Below, one piece after another: positions 10,042 to 19,713 of a stretch of DNA of 64,000 nt; position 1 is the first letter of the stretch, and every line of letters starts with the position of its first letter. The stretch lies in IMG/VR virus record IMGVR_UViG_3300028197_001024, positions 10,468 to 74,467 of that record. One strand, written 5' to 3'. Below the pieces are notes generated by a model. It was not told where the DNA came from. It searched no databases and was given only the letters and a program-made list of their open reading frames with translations. A program made the position numbers and the translations under genes. This stretch comes from a virus.

Positions 10042-11058
10042 ATGAAAGATAAAGGATTAGCCATAGGTATATCAAGCCTAGAGTTTACTAATATCTTATG
10101 TAGTTATTATCCTAAAGGGATCAAAGAAAAATTTGATATCTATTTATTTGTGGATGATACTAAAATAGATTTAGAAAAGCTTCAGTGTATTTTTGAAGAG
10201 CATGATTTAGATATTTTTAAAAATGCAAAGATTATAATTTTAAATGACCTTTATAACCATTACATAGAAAAACATGGTTACGAAGGAAGATCAAAAGAAT
10301 TTCTATTAAGTCATGGCTGCCTCTTTAAAATATTAATGCCTATATACTTAAAGGAAAAATTTGGAGTAAAAAGAACATTAGTATCAGATGATGATGTATT
10401 TATTTTAAACGATCTTAGTTATATGTGGGATGAATATGAAGAGTTTGGCATAAAAAAGGAAAACTTATTTTACATTAGAAATAAAGATAAGTATGAAGTC
10501 ATGGATTGTTTTAACGGTATTTTTGAATCTAATTTTAGCTTAGATGAAATGAATGCCCTTTCCATAAATGCAGGCAATATAATATATGGAGAAGATCCTA
10601 AATTAGAATATTACTTTGAGAGATTTATGAAACACCCATTTATACATCATCAGTATTTTAATTTTACTGGGTATACAAGTTGGACTGTAGAACAAAGATT
10701 CCATCACTTTAATGTTCATAGGTATTTAGCAGAAGGAAGAAAGGTTAAATTTACTGAAAGTAAAGACTTAAGATTAATGCAGAATAGAGACAAGATGATG
10801 AAAGCAGGTACACCACCAGACAAATATCTTAAAGTAGTTGTACCTTCTATAATTCATTATGCAATAGGTGTAAAGAAGCCTCTATGGTTAAATGATTTTT
10901 TACCAGGATTAGAATGGAGATACGGTTTTAAGTATGAAGCAAAATACGAACTTAAAAATATCTTATACGATAAAAATTGGTCACCGCCTTCGTTTAAAAG
11001 TATACAAAAGAATGGATTTATATTAAAAAAGGAATTAAAAACAAAATCAATATTTTAA
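10042..11058 (+). CDS. Putative GT-A fold glycosyltransferase
   Basis: VSDDDVFIL DxD motif, INAG, EQ and IIHY elements as in GT8-like proteins; operon context. Confidence 0.55.
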   Translation: MKDKGLAIGISSLEFTNILCSYYPKGIKEKFDIYLFVDDTKIDLEKLQCIFEEHDLDIFKNAKIIILNDLYNHYIEKHGYEGRSKEFLLSHGCLFKILMPIYLKEKFGVKRTLVSDDDVFILNDLSYMWDEYEEFGIKKENLFYIRNKDKYEVMDCFNGIFESNFSLDEMNALSINAGNIIYGEDPKLEYYFERFMKHPFIHHQYFNFTGYTSWTVEQRFHHFNVHRYLAEGRKVKFTESKDLRLMQNRDKMMKAGTPPDKYLKVVVPSIIHYAIGVKKPLWLNDFLPGLEWRYGFKYEAKYELKNILYDKNWSPPSFKSIQKNGFILKKELKTKSIF

Positions 11059-11084
11059 AAGATAAAATTACAAAAAGAAAATAG

Positions 11085-11882
11085 ATGAAAGATAGAAAAA
11101 GTATACCTGTTATTGGAGTTCCTGTAGTAAATGGAGTTCATTGGGTAAAAAGATTAATGCTATCAGTTGATTACCCTGTAGATAATTTATTTATAATTAA
11201 TAATAATGGAAGAGGAGAAATTAATGAAGAATTAGATAAGTTAAAAAATATATCTAATAAATTTATTAAGAATATACACATTACACATTTACCTAGTAAT
11301 TTAGGAGTCCCGGCAGCTTGGAATTTAATTATTAAATCATTTTTAATGGAGCCTTATTGGATAATTTCTAACCATGATGTTGCCTTTTCACCTGGTTTAT
11401 TAGAAGAATTTTCAAATATGGCTCAGGATAAACAAATAAGTATGATTCATCCTAGAGCAGGTGTATTTGGTGTAGGTACATATGATTTATTTGCTATAAC
11501 TGAAATAGGGGTAAAAACGATAGGATTATTTGATGAAAATTTATATCCTGCTTATGGAGAAGATACTGATTATATAATGAGAGTTCTAAATTTAAATCCA
11601 AAGGTTTGTAGAGGATTGACTTATACTTATTTACATGGAAAAGAAATAGCCGATTGTGTCAATTATGAAAATAATGGTCGACAAACGTCTAAAGAAGAAC
11701 CTCAAATGCAAGAAAAATTAAATAATGTTAATTATAAAAATTACAAATATTTAGATGAAAAATGGGGAGAGCATTGGAGAGGTTTAACTCCTTATAAATT
11801 TCCTTTTAATAATAAAGAATATTCTAATTCTTACACTTCATGGGATATAGATTATATAAGAGAAAAATATTTAGACTTTTAA
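11085..11882 (+). CDS. GT2-like glycosyltransferase
   Basis: NLGVPAAWN, NHDV, IGLFDENLYPAYGEDTDY. Confidence 0.75.
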   Translation: MKDRKSIPVIGVPVVNGVHWVKRLMLSVDYPVDNLFIINNNGRGEINEELDKLKNISNKFIKNIHITHLPSNLGVPAAWNLIIKSFLMEPYWIISNHDVAFSPGLLEEFSNMAQDKQISMIHPRAGVFGVGTYDLFAITEIGVKTIGLFDENLYPAYGEDTDYIMRVLNLNPKVCRGLTYTYLHGKEIADCVNYENNGRQTSKEEPQMQEKLNNVNYKNYKYLDEKWGEHWRGLTPYKFPFNNKEYSNSYTSWDIDYIREKYLDF

Positions 11883-11928
11883 AAATAAGGTATTAAGTAT
11901 TTACTAATAATAATTTTGTACAAATAAG

Positions 11929-11955
11929 TAAACTAAGTAACAATAATCAATATAA
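11929..11955 (+). promoter_or_regulatory. Putative middle promoter
   Basis: TAAAC-N17-TATAA. Confidence 0.6.
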
Positions 11956-11977
11956 TAATAAACAAATAATATTTTAA

Positions 11978-12727
11978 ATGGAAACAAAAATTAACAAAAT
12001 TGACGGTTATGAATTAAGTTCATTCGTTCGCAAATTACTTCCAATTGACAAATTCATCTTTATGAAAATCGCAAAAGAGGGTACTGTATCTTCTGTGTAT
12101 TTCCCTGAGAGGGATGCCGTAAAATTGGTTAACACACCTACCTCAGATATATTTGAGGCTGATATTGAAAACCCAGTAAAGGTAAGCTTTTACAATGGTA
12201 CTAAAGTTATTGATGCATTAAGCCATTTTAATGGTGATGTAAAAGGTCGCATTAAATATACTGAATATGATGGAGAATTAATGGCAAGTGATTTTATTTT
12301 AGAAAATGAAGATCTTCAGATTAATTTAGCCTGTACAGATCCTTCGTTATCTTTTATGGAAATGAGTAAAGAAGAAACTGACCGAGCGTTTGATGTGGAT
12401 TCTAAAATGTTTAGTTTTGATTTACTTACTACTCATGTAGATAAAATGAAATCATTATTTAATTTAGATAAAGATGAGGATATCTTTACTCTCTATATTG
12501 GAGAAAAAGGAATTAACATTAAAGGTACTTCTTATGACGCTACGCTATGTCACTCTTATGATTCTGATGTAGAGAAAGGTTCAAAGGTTGTCATATACAA
12601 AAAATATGTTAATCTTCTAGATAAAGAAAATTATAAGGTAAGTGTATGTGAAAACAAGGTTGTTTTCAAATCATTAGATACAAATACACACCTTACTGTG
12701 GCTGTGGCCATTACTGATGAGGATTAA
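11978..12727 (+). CDS. Probable DNA sliding clamp (gp45-like)
   Basis: About 250 aa, acidic and beta-rich, directly upstream of the polymerase; clamp loader is present in the window; no diagnostic motif. Confidence 0.55.
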   Translation: METKINKIDGYELSSFVRKLLPIDKFIFMKIAKEGTVSSVYFPERDAVKLVNTPTSDIFEADIENPVKVSFYNGTKVIDALSHFNGDVKGRIKYTEYDGELMASDFILENEDLQINLACTDPSLSFMEMSKEETDRAFDVDSKMFSFDLLTTHVDKMKSLFNLDKDEDIFTLYIGEKGINIKGTSYDATLCHSYDSDVEKGSKVVIYKKYVNLLDKENYKVSVCENKVVFKSLDTNTHLTVAVAITDED

Positions 12728-12742
12728 TAATACCTCAAATAT

Positions 12743-12771
12743 AAAAAGGGCATCATAATCGGTGCCCTTTT
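12743..12771 (+). terminator. Rho-independent terminator
   Basis: AAAAAGGGCATC-ataatc-GGTGCCCTTTT. Confidence 0.7.
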
Positions 12772-12797
12772 AAACTTTCTTTAATCTTACCGTATAA
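12771..12797 (+). promoter_or_regulatory. Putative middle promoter
   Basis: TAAAC-N17-TATAA. Confidence 0.6.
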
Positions 12798-12805
12798 AAA
12801 TAAAA

Positions 12806-13924
12806 ATGACAGAGGAATTACAAAAAATCAACGAAGAAGCATCAAAATTCTATAATTACGAACAGGCTGTTAAATTAATGCTTAACTCTATTTACGGTGC
12901 ATTTGGTAATCCTTATTTTTATTTCTTTAATGTTGATATTGCAGAAACTATTACACTCCAAGGTAAAGATGCAATTCTATATACTGAACAATTAGTTAAT
13001 AAGTATTTTAAGGAATTCTGGCATAAGGATTTACCAGCTCATGCTGCTATGGGTATTACTGTAACTGGTAAAATTGAAAAACCTGTAGGTATTTATATTG
13101 ATACAGATTCAGTGTATGTTAAATTTGATGAAGTAATTCAAAAATCAGAAGGCTGGGTTGGTGATGAAAAAGAATTTATACTTAAGCTTTATAAGGTTAG
13201 GTTAAATGGTTACATAGAAAAGATTCTACAAAAATATGCAGATGATAATAATGCAGAAAACTTTTTATCTTTTGAATTAGAAAGTATTGCTAAAAATGCA
13301 ATATGGTTGGCAAAGAAAAAGTATATGCAGAATATAGTTTGGAAGGATCCTGATATTCATTACGATGATCTCTCTAAGATTAGTTCAAAAGGATTTGAAA
13401 TCATTCAGTCATCTACCCCTATTTTTGCAAGAGAAAAACTAAAAGAACTATTAACTTATATCTTTTCTGTTAGTGAATTAGATATGGGAGCCTTTGCTTC
13501 TTTACTTAAAGATGTTAAAAGGCAATTTAGATTAGCCAATGTTGATCAAATTAGTTTTTCAAGAAAAGTAAATAATTATCAAAAGTATATTGTAAATGAT
13601 TATGAGCAATTTGAAATTGCATCAAAATGTCCAATTGGTGTAAGATCTGCAGGCTATCATAATTACTTACTAAATAATTCAGGCAAGAAAGGTAAATATC
13701 AACCACTAGGAAATGGTGAAAAATGTAAAATGTATTTTTCTGAAGATAAGTCATGTGATGTGTTTGCTTATGCACCAGGTGATTTTCCTTATGAGTTCGC
13801 GCCTAAAATAGATTATGATAGGCAATTTGAAAAAACAATATTGGATCCTATAAACAGAGTTGTTACTGCTATGGGTTTTAAAGGATTTAACAGAAATCTT
13901 ATTTACACAACCAGCCTATTTTAA
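12806..13924 (+). CDS. Family B DNA polymerase, C-terminal subunit of a split enzyme (gp43B-like)
   Basis: Motif B KLMLNSIYG, motif C YIDTDS, KKKY, thumb region; no exonuclease domain or motif A. Confidence 0.9.
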   Translation: MTEELQKINEEASKFYNYEQAVKLMLNSIYGAFGNPYFYFFNVDIAETITLQGKDAILYTEQLVNKYFKEFWHKDLPAHAAMGITVTGKIEKPVGIYIDTDSVYVKFDEVIQKSEGWVGDEKEFILKLYKVRLNGYIEKILQKYADDNNAENFLSFELESIAKNAIWLAKKKYMQNIVWKDPDIHYDDLSKISSKGFEIIQSSTPIFAREKLKELLTYIFSVSELDMGAFASLLKDVKRQFRLANVDQISFSRKVNNYQKYIVNDYEQFEIASKCPIGVRSAGYHNYLLNNSGKKGKYQPLGNGEKCKMYFSEDKSCDVFAYAPGDFPYEFAPKIDYDRQFEKTILDPINRVVTAMGFKGFNRNLIYTTSLF

Positions 13925-13940
13925 TAAAAATAAAATAAAG

Positions 13941-15647
13941 ATGAAAAAAGATTATGAATTTGTTAAAAGAATAGTTATGAATAATAAAATAAATAGCCCA
14001 GATAAGACAAACACAAAAGATTTTCATAACCTATGTAAACTAGCATTAGATCATGGTGGTGATATATCAAAATTATTATTACCATCAAGTGAAACCATCG
14101 GTGATGGAATAACTAATGGTTCAATTTTATATCATGAAGGTAAATGGTTATTAAATTTACGAAGAGTCGGTTATTTATTTTATCATAGCGAAAATGAACA
14201 AAAGTTTCCTTCTCCGTGGGGGCCTTTAGTTTATCTAAACCCAGAAGACGATGTCGTATTAAGAACTAAAAATTATGTTTGTGAATTAGACGATAATTTT
14301 GAAGTATCAGATTGGAAAAAAACAAATACCGGTGGGCTAGATAAAAAACCTAAATGGTCTTTTATTGGTTTAGAAGACGCAAGACTTCAGTTTTGGAATA
14401 ACACATTATACCAAACAGGAGTGAGGCGAGATACTACTACAAACGGTGAAGGTAGAATGGAACTATCAACTGTAAAAAAATTAGATACAGAATATTTAGA
14501 AACAGATAGAGTTAGAATAACTCCACCAGATCCTAGGACTCATGCAAATGGAGGTTCTTACTGTGAAAAGAATTGGATGCCAATTAATGATATGCCTAAT
14601 CATTACATTAAATGGACATTACCAACTGAAGTAGTAAAAGTTGATCCTGAAAGAGGCACATCAGAAGTAGTACATTTAGTAGACCAACCACATCTAAAGA
14701 ATATAGTAAGAGACCCAAGAGGATCATCCAATATTATTAAATACAAAGATTACTGGGTAGGTATAATACATGAAGTTGATTTATGGTTTAATGTAGAAAA
14801 GGAAAAAGATTCTATTTATTATCATAGATTTATTGTATGGGATAAGGATTGGAATATTAAATATACTAGTGATACTTTTGATTTTATGACAGCCCGAGTT
14901 GAATTCACATGCGGTTTAGGTTTTGATGGTAAAGATTTTTTAATCCCATTTGGATTCCAGGATAGTACTTCATATTTATTAAAATTACCGACGGCTGTGT
15001 TTGAAAATATTACAAGTATGTCAAACAAAAAGCTTAAACCAAAAAAGACATATGATGAAACTAATAAAAAAAATAAAAATTTATACAATTTCATAAATGA
15101 TCCTTATAATTCAATTAATGCATTTAATTTAGCAGATGAATATTTTAAAGATGGTCATTGGGCGTCAGCCTTAAGTTTTTATTTAAGGTCTGTTGAATTT
15201 ACAGATGATCCTATATTGGAATATGACTCGCATTTTATGGTATGCAGATCTATGGCAAATAGACAAAGCAGACCGATTTGCGAATTAAAGATGTGGTATC
15301 AATTAATAGAACATAGCCCAAATAGACCAGAAGGATACCAGGCAATTTCAAATTATCATTCATGGAGAGGCAATTTTCAAGAAGCTTATTTATGGTCTGA
15401 TATAGGTTTAAGAAATAGTACAGTTGAACCTAAGCAGATAAGTATTAATCAAGGGCCTATAGGATATAAAAAACACTTTGAAATTCAGAAAAATTTATAT
15501 GGTGGTAATGCTTATACTAAAACAGAAGACAAATTAAATCAGCTTAAACATTATCTATCACTTGATGATAAATCTTCTTATCCACCAGATCTTCATACTT
15601 GGATTAAGGAAGAAGCTGAAAAATATAATTTAATAAACAAATCATAA
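13941..15647 (+). CDS. Beta-propeller glycosidase/phosphorylase-like domain plus TPR repeats (start moved to ATG 13941)
   Basis: GLEDARL, EKNWMP, RGSS, EFTCGL motifs (GH130/GH43-like propeller); C-terminal TPR-like ALSFYLR, PNRPEGY. Confidence 0.6.
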   Translation: MKKDYEFVKRIVMNNKINSPDKTNTKDFHNLCKLALDHGGDISKLLLPSSETIGDGITNGSILYHEGKWLLNLRRVGYLFYHSENEQKFPSPWGPLVYLNPEDDVVLRTKNYVCELDDNFEVSDWKKTNTGGLDKKPKWSFIGLEDARLQFWNNTLYQTGVRRDTTTNGEGRMELSTVKKLDTEYLETDRVRITPPDPRTHANGGSYCEKNWMPINDMPNHYIKWTLPTEVVKVDPERGTSEVVHLVDQPHLKNIVRDPRGSSNIIKYKDYWVGIIHEVDLWFNVEKEKDSIYYHRFIVWDKDWNIKYTSDTFDFMTARVEFTCGLGFDGKDFLIPFGFQDSTSYLLKLPTAVFENITSMSNKKLKPKKTYDETNKKNKNLYNFINDPYNSINAFNLADEYFKDGHWASALSFYLRSVEFTDDPILEYDSHFMVCRSMANRQSRPICELKMWYQLIEHSPNRPEGYQAISNYHSWRGNFQEAYLWSDIGLRNSTVEPKQISINQGPIGYKKHFEIQKNLYGGNAYTKTEDKLNQLKHYLSLDDKSSYPPDLHTWIKEEAEKYNLINKS

Positions 15648-15660
15648 TTTTTCTATATAA
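15634..15660 (+). promoter_or_regulatory. Putative middle promoter
   Basis: TAAAC-N17-TATAA. Confidence 0.6.
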
Positions 15661-15678
15661 TAATAAAATAAAACAAAT

Positions 15679-16875
15679 ATGGCAAAAGAATTCTCATTCG
15701 CAGATTTAAATAAAGAAATGTCAAAACACTCCACATACGGAGAGACATTAGATAAATCAACTATTTCAGAAATAGATCATTATATACCAACAGGAAATTG
15801 GCATCTTAATGCATGTTTAACTGGCTCTCTGTTTGGAGGATATCCTAATAATAGAGCAGTTGCATTAGCCGGGCCTTCCGGTACTGGTAAAACTTATCTT
15901 ATTTTAAATGCAATTAAACAAGCACAAGCACAGGGTTATAGCATTGTATTTTATGATTCTGAAAATGCTGTAGATAAAACATTAGTAGAGAAGTTTGGTA
16001 TTGATCCAACAAAATTCCGTTATGAGCCATGTAATACTGTTCAAGAATTTAGAACCTCGGTAACTGCTATTACTGATGTATTAATTGAACAAAAGGCAAA
16101 AGGTATTGCTTTACCTAAAATCATGGTGGTATTAGATTCTGCAGGTAACTTGGCAACGCAAAAAGAAATTGATGATGCTAAAACCGGAAGTAGTAAAGCT
16201 GATATGACAAGAGCTAAACTTTTAAAATCTACATTCCGAATCATTATGACGCAATTCGGTATATGTAAAATTCCATTCTTATTTACAAATCATACTTACC
16301 AAACACAAGATTTATTTTCAAGGCAAGTAGGTGGTGGTGGAACTGGTCCTGAGTATGCTGCTTCTATTATTTTATTTTTAGGTAAAGCTAAACTAAAAGA
16401 AGGCATAGAACAAACCGGTATTATTGTTACTGCTAAACCAAATAAGAATAGATTTGCAAAACCAACAAACATTAAATTCCATATATCTTTTAATAAAGGT
16501 ATGAATCCTTATATTGGATTAGAAGAATATATTAGCTGGGATACTTGTGGAGTTGAAAGAGGAAGGTTTATAAATGAAAACGCATTTAAGAAATTAACTG
16601 ATATAGGCAAGGCTGAGTGTAGAGAACATACTTATGAAAAAGACGGTAAAGATGTTACTATTTATTTTCAACCTGCTGCAACTGCACGTAAGATTTGTGT
16701 TAAACATTTAAATGATACCGTTGACCTTAATCAATTATTTACACCACAAGTAATGACCGATGATGTATTAAAAGCATTAGAACCAATCGTTGCCGCTAAA
16801 TTTAAATATGGTGAAGAACTTGATGTTGAAAATTTAACCGAAATGCTAGAAGCCGATGTTACCGAAAAATCTTAA
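15679..16875 (+). CDS. uvsX: RecA/UvsX recombinase
   Basis: GPSGTGKT Walker A, YDSENA, VLDSAGNL, DMTRAK, TNHTY, GGGTG. Confidence 0.92.
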   Translation: MAKEFSFADLNKEMSKHSTYGETLDKSTISEIDHYIPTGNWHLNACLTGSLFGGYPNNRAVALAGPSGTGKTYLILNAIKQAQAQGYSIVFYDSENAVDKTLVEKFGIDPTKFRYEPCNTVQEFRTSVTAITDVLIEQKAKGIALPKIMVVLDSAGNLATQKEIDDAKTGSSKADMTRAKLLKSTFRIIMTQFGICKIPFLFTNHTYQTQDLFSRQVGGGGTGPEYAASIILFLGKAKLKEGIEQTGIIVTAKPNKNRFAKPTNIKFHISFNKGMNPYIGLEEYISWDTCGVERGRFINENAFKKLTDIGKAECREHTYEKDGKDVTIYFQPAATARKICVKHLNDTVDLNQLFTPQVMTDDVLKALEPIVAAKFKYGEELDVENLTEMLEADVTEKS

Positions 16876-17155
16876 TACTGCAAAACTTAAAGTAAAGCAC
16901 GTATTAGGAAATCATACAACATTGCCTAACTATCCAGATGCTGAGGATATTATATATGAACTAATACGAGATTATTGTGGAAAGGTTGCAAAGGAGATTA
17001 AATTTACTAATGTATCCTTAAAGAAAAAGTATAGCCTAGATGACAAAAAGGCTAATGCTATAATTATGCAACTTAGAAACGATAAGATAATTAAAGTATC
17101 ATTATCTAATTCTGCTTATACAACGTATGAAGTAATAAAAAATCCATATAAATGA
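16856..17155 (+). CDS. Hypothetical protein (possible winged helix)
   Basis: ORF overlapping both neighbours; basic, with helix-helix-strand pattern. Confidence 0.5.
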   Translation: MLPKNLNTAKLKVKHVLGNHTTLPNYPDAEDIIYELIRDYCGKVAKEIKFTNVSLKKKYSLDDKKANAIIMQLRNDKIIKVSLSNSAYTTYEVIKNPYK

Positions 17156-17877
17156 TATATTTAAACCCTACCGCTACATGGCATGAACCTTTGCCTTTTA
17201 CACAAAATGATTATGAAAATTTTAAATTTAAGTTTAATGGCTTAAAGGGTGTAAGTAAAAATTATTCACAGTGTTATCAAGATTTATTTGTTTTGGCAGC
17301 TCATAATGGCAAAAGAAACGGAACATTTTTAGAAATAGGTGGTGGTGCTCCATTTTACGGAAATAACACTGCTCTTTTATCAGAATTTGGATGGTCAGGG
17401 ATATCATTAGAGTGGGATGAATCTCTATGTAACGACTGGAAGGCATTTAGACCTGACAGTAATATTCTTCATGCCAATGCGCTTGAGTTTGATTATTATA
17501 CTGAATGTAAAAAAATATCTAAAGATAATCATATTGATTATTTACAATTAGATATTGACCCTGCGGTTAATACTTATAATCTACTAGAGTTAATACCTTT
17601 TGATAAAATTACTTTTGGTGTAATAACCTATGAACATGATTGGTACATAGAGACTAGCGAATACCGAGATTTATCCAGAAAGTTTTTAATTGATAAAGGC
17701 TATATTTTAATTGTTGCAAATATATCACCAGATGATGATAGCCCATATGAAGATTGGTGGATACATAAAGATTGTATTAATTCTTTAAATGAAAACATAA
17801 AAATTGATACTAATAAGCATGTATTATTCGCAAAAGATTATATGATAGAAAAACCTAATTTATCTACACTTAAGTAA
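17152..17877 (+). CDS. FkbM-family SAM-dependent methyltransferase
   Basis: YSQCYQD, GTFLEIGG, NNTALL, GWSGISLE, IDYLQLDID, EDWW. Confidence 0.75.
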   Translation: MIYLNPTATWHEPLPFTQNDYENFKFKFNGLKGVSKNYSQCYQDLFVLAAHNGKRNGTFLEIGGGAPFYGNNTALLSEFGWSGISLEWDESLCNDWKAFRPDSNILHANALEFDYYTECKKISKDNHIDYLQLDIDPAVNTYNLLELIPFDKITFGVITYEHDWYIETSEYRDLSRKFLIDKGYILIVANISPDDDSPYEDWWIHKDCINSLNENIKIDTNKHVLFAKDYMIEKPNLSTLK

Positions 17878-17880
17878 GAT

Positions 17881-17908
17881 TAAACTAAATATAGTTTTTG
17901 CTATATAA
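17881..17908 (+). promoter_or_regulatory. Putative middle promoter
   Basis: TAAAC-N18-TATAA. Confidence 0.5.
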
Positions 17909-17920
17909 AAATAAACAAAG

Positions 17921-19204
17921 ATGAACTCCAGTACAGATCACGAAAAAATATTTTTTAATTACTTTCTTAAAAAGCCTCACTATCTAAAAAGTACTGGTCC
18001 TGGTTTCTTTTCCAACAATGATTTAGATCATATAGCAAAATTATCAAAAAAGTTTTATACTGATTTTGGTGAAAGTCCATCAAGAGAACAAATGAAGGCT
18101 CTTATTAAAGATGACCCTAATGAAATTCCCGATAGCATAGTATCCAGTATTTATGATATTAATATTAATGAATATGATCAAGATTGGTTAAAAAGAACTG
18201 GAGAGTCCTGGGTTAAATGGAAACATTTTGATAAGCAGTTAGTAAGAACAATTGAATATGTAAAAACTCAAGATGTATCTCCAGAGAATGTTGAAGATGT
18301 AGTAACTCGTGCAATTGGTATGATTTCAACAGAAGGATCATTAAACTTTGATACTGATATTGGATTAGACTTTTTTAAACCAGAAGATCATGTTCAGAGA
18401 ACATCAAAGAAAATAGAGACAGGTTGGACTTTCGTAGATAATGTATCAGGTGGTGGGTATGATACAAAATCATTAATTGTTTATGCAGGAGAACAAAATA
18501 TCGGTAAATCTATATGGTTAGCAAATGATGCTGCAAATTTTGTTAGGATGGGTCATAACGTAGTTTTTATTACTGCTGAAATGTCAGCACAAAAAGTATT
18601 AAAAAGAATAGGTTCTAATCTACTAAGTATTCCGATGCCACAGTATGATGAAAAAACTGGTAATAGAGATTATATGAAAAGGCGTTTAGAAAAAATATCT
18701 CGAGGTTTATTACCACCAGGTAAACTTTTTGTAAAAGAAATGCCAACATCACAAGGTACTGTTTTAGATATAGAAGCATACCTAAAAGATTTAGAGGAAG
18801 CACAAGATCATAAAGTAAATGTATTAGTTGTAGATTATATTAACATTCTTGCAAATTATAGAAATCCTAATACTGAAAATACTTATATGAAGATTAAACA
18901 AATTGCAGAAGATCTTAGAGCATTAGCGGTTAAGAGAGATATGTTAGTTATATCAGCAACTCAAATTAATCGTGGCGCATGGGATGCAACAGAAGTAAGA
19001 ATGGAAAATATAGCAGAATCTGCAGGTCTTGCGCATACTGCTGATGTAATGTATGCTTTGATACAGGATTCTATGATGCATGCAAATAGAGAATATTGGT
19101 TAAAGGTTTTAAAAATTAGAGATGGGCAAGGTAAAGGAACTCGTTGTAGATTCAATATAGATTATGATCACATGAGGTTAACAGAAACAGATGATATAAA
19201 TTAA
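17921..19204 (+). CDS. gp41: DnaB-like replicative helicase (gp41)
   Basis: GEQNIGKS Walker A, TAEMS, VVDYINI, SATQINR, AESAGLAHTAD. Confidence 0.92.
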   Translation: MNSSTDHEKIFFNYFLKKPHYLKSTGPGFFSNNDLDHIAKLSKKFYTDFGESPSREQMKALIKDDPNEIPDSIVSSIYDININEYDQDWLKRTGESWVKWKHFDKQLVRTIEYVKTQDVSPENVEDVVTRAIGMISTEGSLNFDTDIGLDFFKPEDHVQRTSKKIETGWTFVDNVSGGGYDTKSLIVYAGEQNIGKSIWLANDAANFVRMGHNVVFITAEMSAQKVLKRIGSNLLSIPMPQYDEKTGNRDYMKRRLEKISRGLLPPGKLFVKEMPTSQGTVLDIEAYLKDLEEAQDHKVNVLVVDYINILANYRNPNTENTYMKIKQIAEDLRALAVKRDMLVISATQINRGAWDATEVRMENIAESAGLAHTADVMYALIQDSMMHANREYWLKVLKIRDGQGKGTRCRFNIDYDHMRLTETDDIN

Positions 19205-19214
19205 ATAAAAATAT

Positions 19215-19712
19215 ATGTGGGGTAAAAAGAAAAAGCCTAAATTAGATGAGAATGGAAAACCTATTCCACCTAAATTAGCAGATAAAGATAAAATCTTTAA
19301 TAATACATACGGTGATCAAGATGTAACCGAAAACAAAGTAAACTTCACTGTTGCTGCTACTTATGGTGATAGTATGGATCCGGATGATAGGATGCATTAT
19401 GAATTATTAATAAAGAAAATTGATAAGATTATAAAAGGTAGTGAATACGAGCATTTAAATGAAGCAACACCAGAAGGTGTTATTAAAAAATTAAATAAGG
19501 TACAAATTAATCGAGTATATTCTCATATTATTGAACATTTAGGTGATGGATATACAAGAGTAGATTTATTTAGTGTCATATCAGATTACTTTGATGTATT
19601 CCCTAATAAATTTTATAACTCACTTTCTAATAAATTTAAGGATGAACTTATTAAAGAATTAGATGACAAATATAATATCCTAGAAAAAAGAAAAATCAGA
19701 AAATTATTTTAA
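19215..19712 (+). CDS. Hypothetical protein, possibly a gp33-like late-transcription coactivator
   Basis: Helical C-terminus LSNKFKDELIKEL weakly recalls gp33; ends in KIRKLF (putative clamp-binding tail). Confidence 0.35.
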   Translation: MWGKKKKPKLDENGKPIPPKLADKDKIFNNTYGDQDVTENKVNFTVAATYGDSMDPDDRMHYELLIKKIDKIIKGSEYEHLNEATPEGVIKKLNKVQINRVYSHIIEHLGDGYTRVDLFSVISDYFDVFPNKFYNSLSNKFKDELIKELDDKYNILEKRKIRKLF

Positions 19713-19713
19713 T

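Noticed and set aside
13860-13940. Longer N-terminus for the propeller-TPR protein
   Set aside because: Overlaps the polymerase end; the A-rich leader supports ATG 13941
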